A stretch of 64,000 nt of DNA from NCBI GenBank assembly GCA_030390025.1, contig CM059432.1, positions 99,760,001-99,824,000 of the forward strand, read 5' to 3'. The notes under the pieces are model-generated. The model was not told the origin of the DNA, searched no databases, and was given only the letters and a program-made list of their open reading frames with translations. The position numbers and the translations under genes were made by a program. Each line of letters opens with the position of its first letter. The stretch's first letter is position 1. The DNA comes from Squalus acanthias. Lineage: Eukaryota. Positions 26,258-39,540 of the stretch are shown here, piece after piece.

Positions 26258-26834
26258 AACATAGAAACATAGAAACATAGAAAATAGGTACAGGAGTAGA
26301 CCATTCGGTCCTTCGAGCCTGCACCGCCATTCAATGCGTTCATGGCTGAACATGCTACCTCAGTACCCCATTCCTGCTTTCTCGCCATACCCCTTGATCC
26401 CCCTAGTTGTGAGTGTTATATCTAACTCCCTTTTGAATATATTTAGCGAACTGGCCTCAACAACCTTCTGTGGAAGAGAATTCCATAGATTCACCACTCT
26501 CTGGGTGAAGAAGTTCCTCCTCAGCTCAGTCTTAAATGGCTTCCCCTTAATCCTTAGACTGTGACCCCTGGTTCTAGTTTTCCCTAACATTGGGAACATT
26601 CTGCCCGCATCTAAACCAGTCAGGATTTTAAATGTCTCTATAAGATCCCCCCTCATTCTTCTGAACTCCAGAGGATACAAGTTCAGTTGACCCAATCTTT
26701 CTTGATATGTCAGACCGGCCATCCCAGGAATCAATCTAGTGAACCTTTGCTGCACTCCCTCAATAGCAAGAATGTCCTTCCTTAAGTTAGGAGACCAAAA
26801 CTGCGCACAATACTCCAGGTGTGGCCTCACCAAG
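26258..26834 (-). mobile_element. CR1 3' fragment
   Basis: ORF 26360-26833 = ORF2 C-terminus; (AACATAGA)n tail; TSD GTCCT at 26253 and 26835. Confidence 0.92.
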
Positions 26835-27000
26835 GTCCTTGTGGAGACAAAGTCCTATCTTCACATTGTGGATACCCTCCATCGTGTTGTGTGGCACTAC
26901 CACCGTGCTAAATGGGATAGATTCAGAAGAGATCTAGCAGCTCAAAACTGGGCATTCATGAGGCGCTGTGGGCCATCAGCAGCAGCAGAATTGTATACAC

Positions 27001-27782
27001 TGTAGCGAAAAGTCTTTTGCTGATTAAGATTGGCTGTCATTATGCTTGACCGAAGGCCGTTTTGCTGGGCAAATTCTATAATCAACAATCGAACTTTTGC
27101 GGCTACAAGCTATTTACAGATAAGGAAGTAGACAATGAGGTGTTACTGAAAGGAGGCCTGCAAGACAGAACACAAGTCAACGACCTTTGCACAATGCATA
27201 TTGTGTTGCTGATCACCTCTGCAAACTTTGCAGCCCTCTCAGACATTGTTTAAGTGACCTCGAGTCTGATAAGGAGATAAAGACGTTAATAGCTGACAAT
27301 AGCCAGTGGACTCAGGACACAATGGAAGAATGCCAACTCGACCAACTCCTCCCACATACCGGAGAAAGGAGGGAACGCCTTTTTGCAGCACAAAGCGGAT
27401 TACCGAGAAGAATAAAAGACAACGCCCAAAAAGATAACTTCCCTGTAGTTGGAAAGATGTGGCCTGGCCAGTCATCTCGCCTACGAGGACAGGCTGCAGT
27501 CGGAAGAGGGGTGTGACTTGGTTGGTGGGCCCAAAGAACCTATAATCAACACGAACTGACCAACCGTGGGTGATCGTATGTATATCATATCTGCAACATA
27601 TGTTAGTGGTGACGGGCATTGTATTGCAACAAGTTTAGTTTTGACATTGTATTGTAACCTTTGATCTCTGACATCTCAATAAAGTTGAGTTAAGTCGGAA
27701 TCCGCGTTTGTGTCAATTGCTCACTTATAGTTCTCGGGTCAGAATCTTAAACCTGTGACGTCCCGAAAGGAAACGTCTTGCA
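27001..27782 (+). mobile_element. Probable solo LTR (~780 bp)
   Basis: TG...CA ends, AATAAA at ~27678, host LINE resumes on both sides; TSD imperfect (tacac/accac). Confidence 0.6.
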
Positions 27783-28392
27783 ACCACCACAATCTGTAAC
27801 CTCATGGCCTAGAATATCCCTCACGCTATCATTACCATCAAGCCAGGAGACCAACACTGGTTCAATAAGGAGTGTAGAAGAGCATGTCAGGAGCAGCACC
27901 AGGCGTACCTAAAAATGAGGTACCAACCTGGTGAAGCTATATGTTAGAAATTAGGGGTATCTAAAACGGATATGGTTGTGCGAATGAAATTGTGATGCAA
28001 ATAATACTGTGTTTAGATGATTGTATTAGAACTTGAGACAAGATTGTCTCTTCAGGCGAGTATTAGAATAGTTGGATAGATGCTTAGAATTTGCTTAAGT
28101 TTTTGGTTCCCTGCGGATTATATAACATTCTGTACCATGGCAAATCACATATGACCTTGCTTCCCAGGCTAGCTATCTGCAGTTTGTAAGTTAGGTATTC
28201 GACTTTGTATAATGTATCTTTAATTTGACCAACAAAGGCCCAATGCCTATGTTTCTTCAATTACTGCTAATAAACTTATTATAATGCTAAGTTGGGATTT
28301 TGACTTTGTTTAATAACGAAACTGCTTTAAAATGCATAAGCTAACCAGTGTGTGAGAATAGAATAGAAGATATCTTTGGGAATTTAATGATA

Positions 28393-31300
28393 ACATAACA
28401 TAAGAACGTAAGAAATAGGAGTAGGAGTAGGCCATTCGGCCCTTTGAGCCTGCTCCGCCATTCAATAAGATCATGGCTGATCTTCTACCTCATCTGCACT
28501 TTCCTGCACTATCCCCATATCCCTTGATTCCCTTAATATTCAAAAATCTATCGATCTCTGTCTTGAATATACTCAACAGCTGAGCCTCCACAGCCCTCTG
28601 GGGTAGAGAATTCCAACGATTCACCACCCTCTGAGTGAAGAAATTTCTCCTCATTTCAGTCCTAAATGGCCAACCCCTTATTCTGAAACTGTGACCATTG
28701 GTTCTAGACTCCCCAGCCAGGGGAAACATCCTCCCTGCATCTACCCTGTCAAGCCCTGTAAGAATTTTGTATGTTTCAATGAGATCACCTCTCATTCTTC
28801 TAAACTCGAGAGAATATAGGCCTAGTCTACTCCAGCTCTCCTCATAGGATAATCCCCCTATTCCAGGAATCAGTCTGGTGAACCTTTGTTGCACTCCCTC
28901 TATGGCAAGTATATCCTTCCTTAGGTAAGGAGACCAAAACTGTACACAATACTCCAGGTGTGGTCTCACCAGGGCCCTCTATAATTGCAGTAAGATGTCT
29001 TTACTCTTATATTCAAATCCTCTTGTAACAAAAGACCAACATACCATTTGCTTTCCTAATTGCTTGCTGTACCTGCATGTTAACTTTCAGTGATTCGTGT
29101 ACAAGGATACCCAGGACCCTCTGAACACCAACATTTCCCAATCTCTCACCATTTAAAAAATACTCTGCTTTTCTATTTGTCCTACCAAAGTGGTTAACTT
29201 CACATTTCTCCACATTATATTCCATTTGCCATGTTCTTGCTCACTCACTTAGCCTGTCTATATCCCCTTGAAGCCTCTTTGCATGCTCCTCACAACTTAC
29301 ATTCGCACCCAGCTTTGTATCATCAGCAAACTTGGATATATTACTTTTGGTCCCCACATCCAAATCATTGATATAGATTGTGAATAGCTGAGGCCCAAGC
29401 ACTGATCCTTGCGGTACCCCACTAGTTACAGCCTGCCAACCCGAAAAATGACCCGTTTATTCCTACTCTCTGTTTTCTGTCCATTAACCAATCCTCAATC
29501 CATGCTAGTATATTACCCCAATCCCATGAACCTTAATTTTGTTTAATAACCTCTTGTGTGGCACCTTATAAAATGCCTTCTGAAAATCCAAATAAAGCAC
29601 ATCCATTGGTTCCCCCTTATCTATTCTGCTAGTTACAACCTCAAAAAACTCTTAACAGATTTGTCAAATGCGATTTCCCTTTCAGAAATCCGTGTTAATT
29701 CTGCCCAATCTTATTATTATTTTCGAAGTGCCCTGTTACCACGTCATTAATCATAGATTCTAGCATTTTCCCTACTACTGATGTCAGGCAACTGGTCTGT
29801 AGTTCTCCGTTTACTCTCTCCCTCCTTTCTTAAATATTGGGGTTACATTTGCTACCTTCCAATCCGTGGAAACCGCTCTAGGATCTATGGAATTTTGGAA
29901 AATGGCAACCAATGTATCCACTATCTCTATAGCCAACTCTTTCAAACCCCTATGATGTAGGCCATCAGGTCCAGGGGATTTATCGGCTTTCAGTCCCATT
30001 AAATTCTCCAGTACTATTTTTTTACTGATACTGATTTCTTTCAGTTCCTCATACTCGCTAGACCCTTGGTTCTCCACTATTACCGGGAAGTATTTTGCAT
30101 CTTTTTCCGTGAAGACAGACACAAAGGGCTGGATTTTAGCTTAGATCCGGAGGTCGAGGCGGGACTGCTGGTTTTCAGGTTTCAGTCCCGCCCCCAGCGA
30201 AGTCTGATGAACAGACGCTATTTTCCCTTGATTGGCCTTGTTAAGCCCACCCTGCGGGCTTACCGGCCAATTGAGGGAAAGCCGGTGTCAGATGACGCTT
30301 CATCTGCCGGTTTTGTTAAAGTGACAGGCACCATAATTTTTTGACAGATGAATTGTCAGTGTTTGACAGCATTGCGGTGCTGTCAAACACTGACAATCAC
30401 CGTCCAAAGGTGAGCCCTTTCACCCAGGCTCTCCAATGACGCTCTCCTTAGGATGAAATAGATGGCAGCTGCTTGTGAGATTGCAGAAGCCATCTGTCAC
30501 TTCTCCCGATGAGCTGAGGCTGCACAAACACATCACAGCTTGTCACCTGCAGAAGCATCAAACCACAGTAAAAAAAATGTCCCCAACATTCTCTCACCTG
30601 TCATACTTACCAGTGTCCCATTGCAGCCTTCACACTACCTCTGCAGCTGTCATTTCTACAGTTACAGTACAACAGACCCACAGCTTGCCTCACTTACCCT
30701 GGCGGGGTTTTCTGATGTCAGGAAGCCCACAGCAGTAGGCGCAAAATGGGAAAAAGCCTCTTAACTGCTTGTTAACTACCTATTAATTGGCTCTAATCAC
30801 CTTCCCGCCACTAGGAGACGGGTCCCTGCGCGAATCGGGGACCCGCCGCCCGGGAAGATCGTTTGGAGGCAGGTTGGGAGCGGGTTCGGGACCCGCTCCC
30901 ATTTTTTACCATTTTGCCACCGGTCCCGCCTCCAAACTCACCCCCTGAGCGCTGGCAAAATCCCCCCCCAATGTAATTATTTAATTTCTCTGCCATTTCC
31001 TTATTCCCCATTATAATTTCACCTGTCTCAACCTGTAAGGGACCCACATTTCGCTAATCTTTTCCTTTTTACATACCTATAAAAGCTTTTACAGTCTGTT
31101 TTTATGTCACTCTCTAGTTTACTCTCATAATCTATTTTCCCTTTCTTTATCAATTTCTTGGTCCTCCTTTGCTGAATACTTAAATCCTCCCAATCCTCAG
31201 GCTTACTACTCTTTTTGCAACATTTAATAAGCCTCTTCCTTTGATCTAATACTATCTTTAACTTCTCTTGTTAGCCACGGTTGGACCACTTTTCCTGTGG

Positions 31301-33550
31301 GGTTTTTGTGCCTTAAAGGAATGCAAATTATGTATTAATTCTTTAAATGCTAGCCATTGCTTTTCGACTGTCATACCTTTTAATATAGTTTCCCAATATA
31401 CCTTAGCCAATTCACCCCTCATACCTATGTAGTTTGCTTTGTTTAGATTTAAGACCCTAGTTTCGGATTTAAATAAATCACTTTCAAACTCAATATAAAA
31501 TTCTATCATATTATGGTCATTCTTCCCTAAAGGCCGCTTTACTACAAGGTTGTTAATTTACCCTTTCTCGTTGCACAATACTAGATCTAAAATAGCCTAT
31601 TCCCTAGTTGGTTTCTCAACATACTGATCTAGAAAACTATTTTGCATGAATTCGTCCTCCACACTATTACTGCAAATTTGGTTTGCCCAGTCTACATGTA
31701 GATGAAAGTCCCCCATGATTACTGTATTACCCTTGTTACATGCACCTCTAATTTCCTGATTTATACTCTGTCCTACATTACAACTACTGTTTGGGGGCCT
31801 ATAAATAACTCCCACCAATGTTTTCTGCCCCTTGCTGTTTCTTAGCTCCACCCAAACTGATTCTACTTTTTGATTTTTGGAGCTAAGATCCTTTCTCACT
31901 ACTGTCTTTATCCCATCCTTTTCTTATCAGGGCTACCCCTCCTCCTTTTCCATTTTGCCTATCTCTTCTAAAAGTTAAGTATCCTGGAATATTTAGTTCC
32001 CAACCTTGGGCACTTTGCAACCACTTTTCCGTTATGGCTATTAGATCAAACCTGTTAATTTCTATCTGCGCTATTAATTCATCTATTTTGTTGCGAATGC
32101 TTCGCACATTCAGATATAGTGCCTTTAGCTTCGACTTATTTCTATTTTTCCTTGATGTCACCTTAGTCACTGATGCCTTATTACCTTTTGTAATTCTCTC
32201 TGTCCCTTCCTGACCCACTCTGCTTATTTTTACCCAAACTCTGCTCTCGAGCCTTGACATTTCTCTCGCAGCTTTTAAATTTACTCTATCCTGTTTCCTC
32301 CCACCCCTGCCCCCCTCATTAGTTTAAAGCCCTGTCTACAGCCCTAGTTATTCGAATCGCCAGGACACTGGTCCCAGCCCGGTTTAAGTGGAGCCAGTCC
32401 CAACAGAACAGCTCCCTCTTTCACTAGTACTGGTGCCAGTGCCCCATGAACTGAAACCCCTTCCTCCCCCACCACTCTTTGAGCCATGCATTTAACCCTC
32501 TAATCTGTTTGTCCCTATGCCAATTTGCACGTGGCTCAGGTAACAATCCAGAGATTATTACCTTTGAGGTTCTGCTTTTTAATTTCGATCCTAGCTCCTC
32601 AAACTCCCTCAGCAGAACCTTATTCCTAGTTCTACCTATATCGTTGGTTCCTACATGGACCATGACAACTGGATCCTCCCCCTCCCACTCCAAGTTCTTC
32701 TCCAGCCACGAGGAGATGTCCTTAACCCTGGCACCGGGCAGGCAACACAACCTTCGGAACTCTCGTTCGCGGCTGCAGGGAACTGTATCTATCCCTCTGA
32801 CTATAATGTCCCCTACCACAACTACAATCCCTTTCACTCCCCCCACTTGAATGGCCTCCTGCACCATGGTGCCATGGTCAGCTTGCTCATCCATCCTGCA
32901 GGCTTTTCCCTCAGCCACACAGTCAGCAAGAACCTCATACCTGTTGGACAAGGGCAAAGGCTGAGGCTCCTCCAGCACTGCACCTAGGGTCCCCTTAACT
33001 GCCTAAGTTGCAGCCACACCCTCCTGTCGCTGACCACTAACCAGACCTGTACCACTACCTAACCTAAGGGGTGTGACTGCCTCCTGGATCGAAGTGTTCA
33101 GTTAACTCTCCCCATCCCTGATGCCCCGCAATGTCTGCACCTCAGATTCCAGCTCAAAAACTCTGAGCTGAAGTTCCTCAAGATGCAGGCACTTACTGCA
33201 AACGTGGTTGTCTGGGATCACAATGCTCTCCACAAACTCCCACATGCTGTAGTTGCGGCACACCGCCTGCACTGCCATCCCTATATGACCTTGATTTATT
33301 TAATTAAATTTAATCAAATTTGTAATTGGGTAACTTAGTTTACAGTGTCGTTTCTTGACTTCTTACTTGATCTAGATTGTTAAGGGTACTGAAATTACAT
33401 ATATCTACCAATAACACAAAGCACTACAAGTAGTGTAGGCAAAAAGCAACAACTCCTTCTCCCTCTTCTCCAAATTCCCACTCTTTCCAAATTCCCAAAT
33501 AAAGCACTCTGTTCAAGTCCACTCCAATTAATCCCGCTCTGTGCTCTGCA
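28393..33550 (-). mobile_element. Near full-length decayed CR1 (Cys-rich + esterase ORF1, EN-RT ORF2)
   Basis: ORF1 32424-32978 (LSNRY, VGD, HVGTND); EN 31597-32260; RT pieces 28490-30122; AACATAAG-type tail. 5' boundary approximate. Confidence 0.9.
30126..30969 (+). mobile_element. Non-autonomous Harbinger-like MITE inside CR1 ORF2
   Basis: TIRs GGGCTGGATTTT / AAAATCCCCCCC; CR1 coding sequence resumes on both sides. Confidence 0.75.
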
Positions 33551-35092
33551 GAAATGTTTACTTTTATACGATATGTTTACTTATATATGATTCATTCCAT
33601 GGTACAATAGTCTGATAATGGAATGAAATAGTTCATTTTGCATAGCTAAAGCTACATGAACAGCGTGAACATAAATAACTGATAACAAGTAACTACGAAC
33701 AACTGAAGGCCGAGAATGGCAGGATAAGGATGGGAGAGATAGGAGGAAATCAGATGGGTGGGTCTTCAGAATGTATAAACAGAAAAGACATGTGAGGAAA
33801 AGCATGAGACCCCTTAGGGGAGGCCTTCATCTGAAAGTTAAGACAAAGAACTCGACATACCATTGGGCACCTTGTCTTAAGGGGAACCTCTATAGGTTAA
33901 ATGGTCCTGTCCATATTCTACCCCAGGCCCACCCCTAAGAAGAGTATAAAAGAAAGACCCAAAAAGCCCTTAGCTCAGATGGTGAAGTGGAGAGCTTCCA
34001 AGGGTGATCAATGGTCTAACACTCTTCCGAGGGTGGAACCATGCTGACCCTAGTTTAACACTCCTGGTGATTCTAGAAGAAAGGTAGAGAGGGAGAAAAG
34101 CTGTAAGCCGAAGAGTTGTTCGTGCCATCTGTCCGATCGGGACCGGTACCAGCTGTTTGTCATGATCGTATGTTTTTACTGTATAACTAGTGTGTTATAT
34201 TCCATCTTAAACTCTGATTAAACACAATATACCAACCATATTTGTTTGCACTCGATCCTGATTATTTGAAAGACCAGAGATAATCTAATCTCTACATATA
34301 ACACAAGAATCATGCATGCTAAACAGTGGAAGCAGCAAGCTATAGACAGAGCTAGCGATCCCACAACCAATGGATCAGATTAAAGCTCTGCAGTCCTGCC
34401 ACATCCCGTCGTGAATGGTGGTGGACCATTAAACAACTAACGGGAGGAGGAGGCTCTATGAATATCCCCATCCTCAATGATGTTGGGGCCGAGCACGCGA
34501 GTGCAAAAGACAAGGCTGAAGCGTTTGCAACCATCTTCAGCCAGAAGTGCCGAGTGGATGATCCATATCGGTCTCCTCCTGAGGTCCCCACCATCACAGA
34601 AGCCAGTCTTCAGCCAATTCGATTCACTCCACGTGATATCAAGCAACGGCTGAGCACACTGGATACAGCAAAGGCTGTGGGCCCTGACAACATCCCGGCT
34701 GTAGTGCTGAAGATTTGTGCTCCAGAAATGGCCGCGCCTCTAGCCAAGCTGTCCCAGTACAGTTATAACACTGGCATCTACCCGACAATGTAGAAAATTG
34801 CCCAGATATGTCCTGTCCACAAAAAGCAGGACAAATCCAATCTGGCTTAGAAGGTGTCATCGACAGTGCTATTAAGCGGCATTTACTCACCAATAACCTG
34901 CTTACCAATGCTCAGTTTAGGTTCCGCCAGGACCACCTGGTTCAAGATCTTATTGCACCTTGGTTCAAACATGGATAAATGAGCTGAATTCTTGAGGTGA
35001 GCTGAGAGTGACTGCCGTTGACATCAAGGCAGCATTTGACCGAGTGTGGCATCAAAAAGCCCTAATAAAACTGAGGTCAATGTGAATGCGGG

Positions 35093-35186
35093 GCTCTAGT
35101 GGCGCAATCGGTTAGCGCACGGTACTTATATGACAGTACAGGCTCGGGAAATGCCGAGGTTGTGAGTTCGAGCCTCGCCTAGAGCA
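35093..35186 (+). tRNA. tRNA-Ile-TAT: tRNA-Ile (anticodon TAT) with 20-nt intron (35131-35150); probably a retroposed pre-tRNA copy
   Basis: Acceptor GCTCTAG/CTAGAGC, D stem GCGC/GCGC, anticodon stem CGGTA/TGCCG, TAT at 35127-35129, intron after position 37, T arm GTGAG-TTCGAGC-CTCGC. Confidence 0.92.
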
Positions 35187-35199
35187 TCAAGTCGTTTGT

Positions 35200-35633
35200 G
35201 GGCAACACGGTGGCATAGTGGTTAGCACTGGTGCCTCACAGCGCCAGAGACCCGGGTTCGAATCTGACCTCGGGTGACTGTCTGTGTGGAGTTTGCACAT
35301 TCTCCCCGTGTCTGCGTGGGTTTCCTCCGGGTGCTCCGGTTTCCTCCCACAGTCCAAAAATGTGTGGGTTAGGTTGATTTGGCTATGATAAATTGACCCT
35401 TAGTGTTAGGGGGGATTAAATATGTGGGGTTATGGGGATAGGATGGGATATGTTAGGGGGAATTAAATGCGTGGGGTTACGGGGGTAGGGTGGGATGTGA
35501 GTACTGTGGGGATTGGGGCAGGGACAGGGTGCTGGATTTGGATGATCAGCCATGATCGTATTGAATGGCGGAGCAGGCTCGACGGGCCGAATGGCCTACT
35601 CCTGCTCCTAGATTCTATGTTTCTATGTTTCTA
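35200..35633 (+). mobile_element. HE1-type V-SINE with CR1-derived 3' tail
   Basis: tRNA head (TGGCATAGTGG, GGTTCGAATC), V-domain GTGGAGTTTGCACATTCTCCCCGTGTCTGCGTGGGTTTCCTCCGGGTGCTCCGGTTTCCTCCCAC, tail matching the CR1 3'UTR at 61395-61485. Confidence 0.9.
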
Positions 35634-36148
35634 TGGAATCATGGGAAATTCTCCACTGGCTGGAGTCATACCTAGCACAAACGAAGATGGTTGTGGTTGT
35701 TGGAGGCCAATCATCTCAACCCCAGGACATCACTGCAGGAGTACCTCAGGGCAGTGTCCTAGGTCCAACCAACTTCAGTTGCTTCATAATAGGGTCAAAA
35801 GTGGGGATGTTCACTGTTGGTTGCAAGGATTACACAATGTTCAGTTCCATTTGCAACTCTTCAGATAATGAAGCAGCCCGTGCCCACATGCAACAAGAGC
35901 TGGACAATATTGGCTGGGGCTGATAAGTGGCAAGTTACATTTCCGACATTCAAGTGCCAGGCAATGACCATCTCCAACAAGAGAGAGTCTAGCCACCTCC
36001 TCTTGACATTCAATGAGATTACCATCGCCGAATCCCCCACCATTAACATCCTGGGGGTCACCATTGACCAGAAAATTAACTGGACCAGCCACATAAATAC
36101 TGTGGCAACAAGAGCAGGTCAGAGGCTGGGTATTCTCATAGAGTCATA

Positions 36149-37040
36149 GGGGAAAAATTCAGTTGCGCCCCATTTGGGGCGCAAATATCGTCCGGGCGCA
36201 AAGATTAGCGCCTGGCACTAATTATCGCCACTGACTGGAAACTTCACTTTTAACGCCCCGGGAGGTGATTGGAGCGCTAAATCAGGCGCTACACACCTGT
36301 CTTAAGGCGCAAAGGCCGAGGAGTGAGGCGCTAACTCAGAGCGCTGGCGAAGCTCATGTAATGTCAGTCAGCAATGGAACACACACACAATGGCACGGGC
36401 CAGTCCTTAAAGGGGATGGTTGATCTTGCATTCCATCCACATCCTGCTCATTGAAGCCTTGAATCTCGGCCTGGAGAGACCTGCACATCAAATCTGCTGG
36501 AAAGAACAATGGAGAGTACCAGGCAAAGAGCTCAGAGTGCAGCCCCCACAGTCTCTTCGAAATCGATACAAGGAATAGCAAATCAAAATGAACCTGCAAA
36601 GTGCTGCTCAGTACCCAAAACTCCTTCACACAACGTTGAATCTCTCCAGAAGTCTCTCTCACTCTCTCTCAGAATGCGTAGTTCAAAAATGGCACGAACA
36701 ATAAAAGGCAGGAAGCGGTCACCTTTAAATAGCGCTCCCCCTTTCCCTTCATGACAGAAGAACGCTCCTGTCAACCTGTCATTGCTAGCGTCAGGCGGTA
36801 AGGCAGGGGGCGCCACTCAATATCCGCTCTGGGGCGATACCGGGGCGTTGCACACTCGTCTGACGTCACGATCTGCCGGCGCAGGAGATCGTGGCGGTAG
36901 TGTTTAGCGCCGCCGCAAAATGTCTAGTTAATTTCGCGAGCGGCGCAAACTTCACCGCGCCCGGGCGCTAGCTGCTTTGCGCCCCATTAGCGCCCTCTTA
37001 AGGCGCTAATGGGAGGCGCAACCAACTGAATTTTTCCCCC
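36149..37040 (+). mobile_element. Non-autonomous Harbinger derivative (family B MITE, ~890 bp)
   Basis: TIR GGGGAAAAATTCAGTTG / CAACTGAATTTTTCCCCC, TSD ATA; ends shared with H3/H4; near-identical to 53565-54457. Confidence 0.92.
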
Positions 37041-37411
37041 ATAGACTCAGAGAGAGAAAAATTAGGTTCGCACCCCGTTTGGGGCGCAAATATCGTCTGG
37101 ACGCAAATATTAGCGCCTGGCACTAATTATCGCCACTGACTGGAAACTTCACTTTTACCGCCCCGGGAGGTGAGTGGAGCGCTAAATCAGGCGCTGCACA
37201 CCTGTCTTAAGGCGCAAAGGCCGAGCAGTGAGGCGCTAACTCAGCGCGCGAGCGCAGCGCAGGTGCTGCCAGTTAGCGAGGGAACACAGACACACTGGCG
37301 CCAGCCAGTTCTTAAAGCGGGGGGGGCCAACTTGCTCCCCAGCCACACCCTGCTCATTGCAGCCTTGAATCTCGGCCTGGAGAGACCTGTGAATCCATTT
37401 TGCTGCCAAGG

Positions 37412-39081
37412 ATGGAGAGGGTGAGAGAACGAGCTCAGCGCTTCACCGAGCGGGCCTTGGATGCTCTGGTTGGCGCGGTGGAGCGCAGAAGATGTATACT
37501 CTTCCCTGAGAGTGGCAGGAGGCCTTTGCCACGCGAGTACAGAAGAGTGTGGAGGGAGGTGGCTCAGAGCGTCTCCTCCAGGAGCATGGTGCCCAGGACC
37601 CATGTTCAATGCCGCAAAAACCACGACCTCACTCGGGTCGTCAGGGTGAGTGGCTTTTTCTCAATACCTCTCCATCCCTCCATCTCAACCTCACTCTATG
37701 GCCAGAGGGTCTTAAAACCCCAATGCACAACACTCATCCAACACGTATGGCCCTTTCATCAAACACACACACACATTCCACACTTTGCATACAGTAAGGG
37801 CTATTCACCTATGGGAGGCACATCAGGCAAGACCATGGCTGCATACAGTAAGGGCTATTCACCTATGGGAGGCACATCAGGCAAGACCATGGCTGTATAT
37901 TTACTCAGATGCTGTCCTTTTTCTTGCAGGCCAAGCTGGCGCATAATAGGAGACAGCAGCAACGGACAGGTGGAGGGCGGCCTCAGCTGCAACCCCTCAG
38001 CAATCTGGAGGAGCGCGTCCACAGGATTGTGGCAAGCCGGGTGATCGGTCCCGTCACCACTGGAGACGCCGACCCCGTTCTGGACAGCAATGGTAAGGTC
38101 ATCACCTTTTTGTCCTCTGTCCTTCCACTTGTCCCTCACAACACCAGCCTTTGACACTTTCAATCCAACTTGCTAACTCGCTGCACTTATTCCTCCCTTA
38201 CTGCCACCCTGTCCTCACGCTAAAGCCACTCTTGTACCTCCCTGCTTTCAGATGGTGATTCACCAGCTGAGGAGACGGGCCCTGAAGCTGCCAGTGGGAG
38301 TGAAGCTGCAGCCGAGGAGGAAGAGGAAGCCGGAGCATCAGTGTCACCCTCTCCCGAGGAAGCCCATGCCGACACTGGGAACACACCTTCCCTGGAGGGG
38401 AGCAGGGGGGAAGGGTCTGATGAGGGTGAAGCTCCAGGACCCAGTGGGCGGCAGCAACGCCATGGGGGTAGGGAAGAACGGGGGCCTTCTCCCCAGAGGG
38501 AGAGTATGCCAGACACTCCTACTGCAATGGACGCAGAGGAGGAGCGGCTGATCGCAGAAATGAACACCCAGGCGGTGGGCATGCACACTGAGCTCATGGG
38601 TGCAGTGGGAAGGGTGCCCGAATGCATTGAGTCAATGGCAAGGAGTGTGGAGCACTTCGCTGTAGCACAGGCGGATGCCACACTAACGCTTAGTGCTGCA
38701 ATTCAGTCACTGACTGCCGTGATCCCATCTCTGACTGCTCTCATGCAGACTCAGATTGAGGCCACGCGAGCACTGACTGCTGCCAACCTCGATGGTTCGT
38801 TCACATGTCCCCGGGGCTCTCACCGCGCCGCAGCAGGCCAGCAATCTGTGCTCCAGCAGATTGCTCCGGATGCTGAAGTGCTGCCCCGTGGGAGTGCCAG
38901 TGTGTTGGGCGAGCAGGGAGTTGCTGTCCTCTCTCACGATGACAGCATTCCTGCTGCCAACACTGTCACTTCTCCACTGCACTTGCCACCGCCTGTAGGA
39001 CAGACTGCTGCCGCCCATGCAGAGTTGATGCAGTCTGCAGCCGGGCCCTCCAGGCCCAGAACTGGTCGAGGCCGTCCTTGA
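37412..39081 (+). CDS. Harbinger Myb/SANT protein, exons 37412-37645, 37930-38092, 38252-39081 (premature TGA; homologous stop at 39228)
   Basis: MERVRERAQRFTE..L...V..RR.IL...W.EVA..VS..R...QCRK; canonical GT-AG sites keep frame; TGA where H4 has TCA. Confidence 0.85.
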
Positions 39082-39540
39082 GGGGCATCTGCAGTGTCAG
39101 GGTCTGACGATCAGCAGCCTTCCACCAGCCTTGCTGCAGCCACTGAGGTCCCATTACGGAGGAGCAGTAGGGTTAGAAGGGGGGAAGTGCGCAAGGGAAG
39201 GAGATCACCCTCGAAGGGCAAAAAGTAGGAGGTGTGACAAAATGCTGGTCATTTGTTTATTAAAGGCCGAGGTTCGTGGTCCAACTTTTGTCTAGTGTTT
39301 TGGACATTATCTCCAGGTTGTGAGAACCAGTTATGTTAATGACTGTTTTTTTGTGTTTATTTCGATGAGTTTGTCATGAGGAAATGACACGCACAGAGTT
39401 TGTAAAATAAATACGTTTTTGTATTCAAAATATACATGTTTGGTGTTTGGAATCATTGGTGCCTTGGCCGGCTTAGGGGTTGCATGCTGGGTTCATTGAT
39501 GTTGTTAGCAATGGCAGAAGCCATTTCCACAGCAGGGGCC

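Larger units (their letters stand above)
27942..34296 (+). mobile_element. Solo LTR (~1.2 kb net) interrupted by a CR1
   Basis: TGTT...TACA ends, exact 4-bp TSD TATA (27938-27941, 34297-34300); TATAAAA ~33945, ATTAAA ~34217; host LINE reads through once it is removed. Confidence 0.75.
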
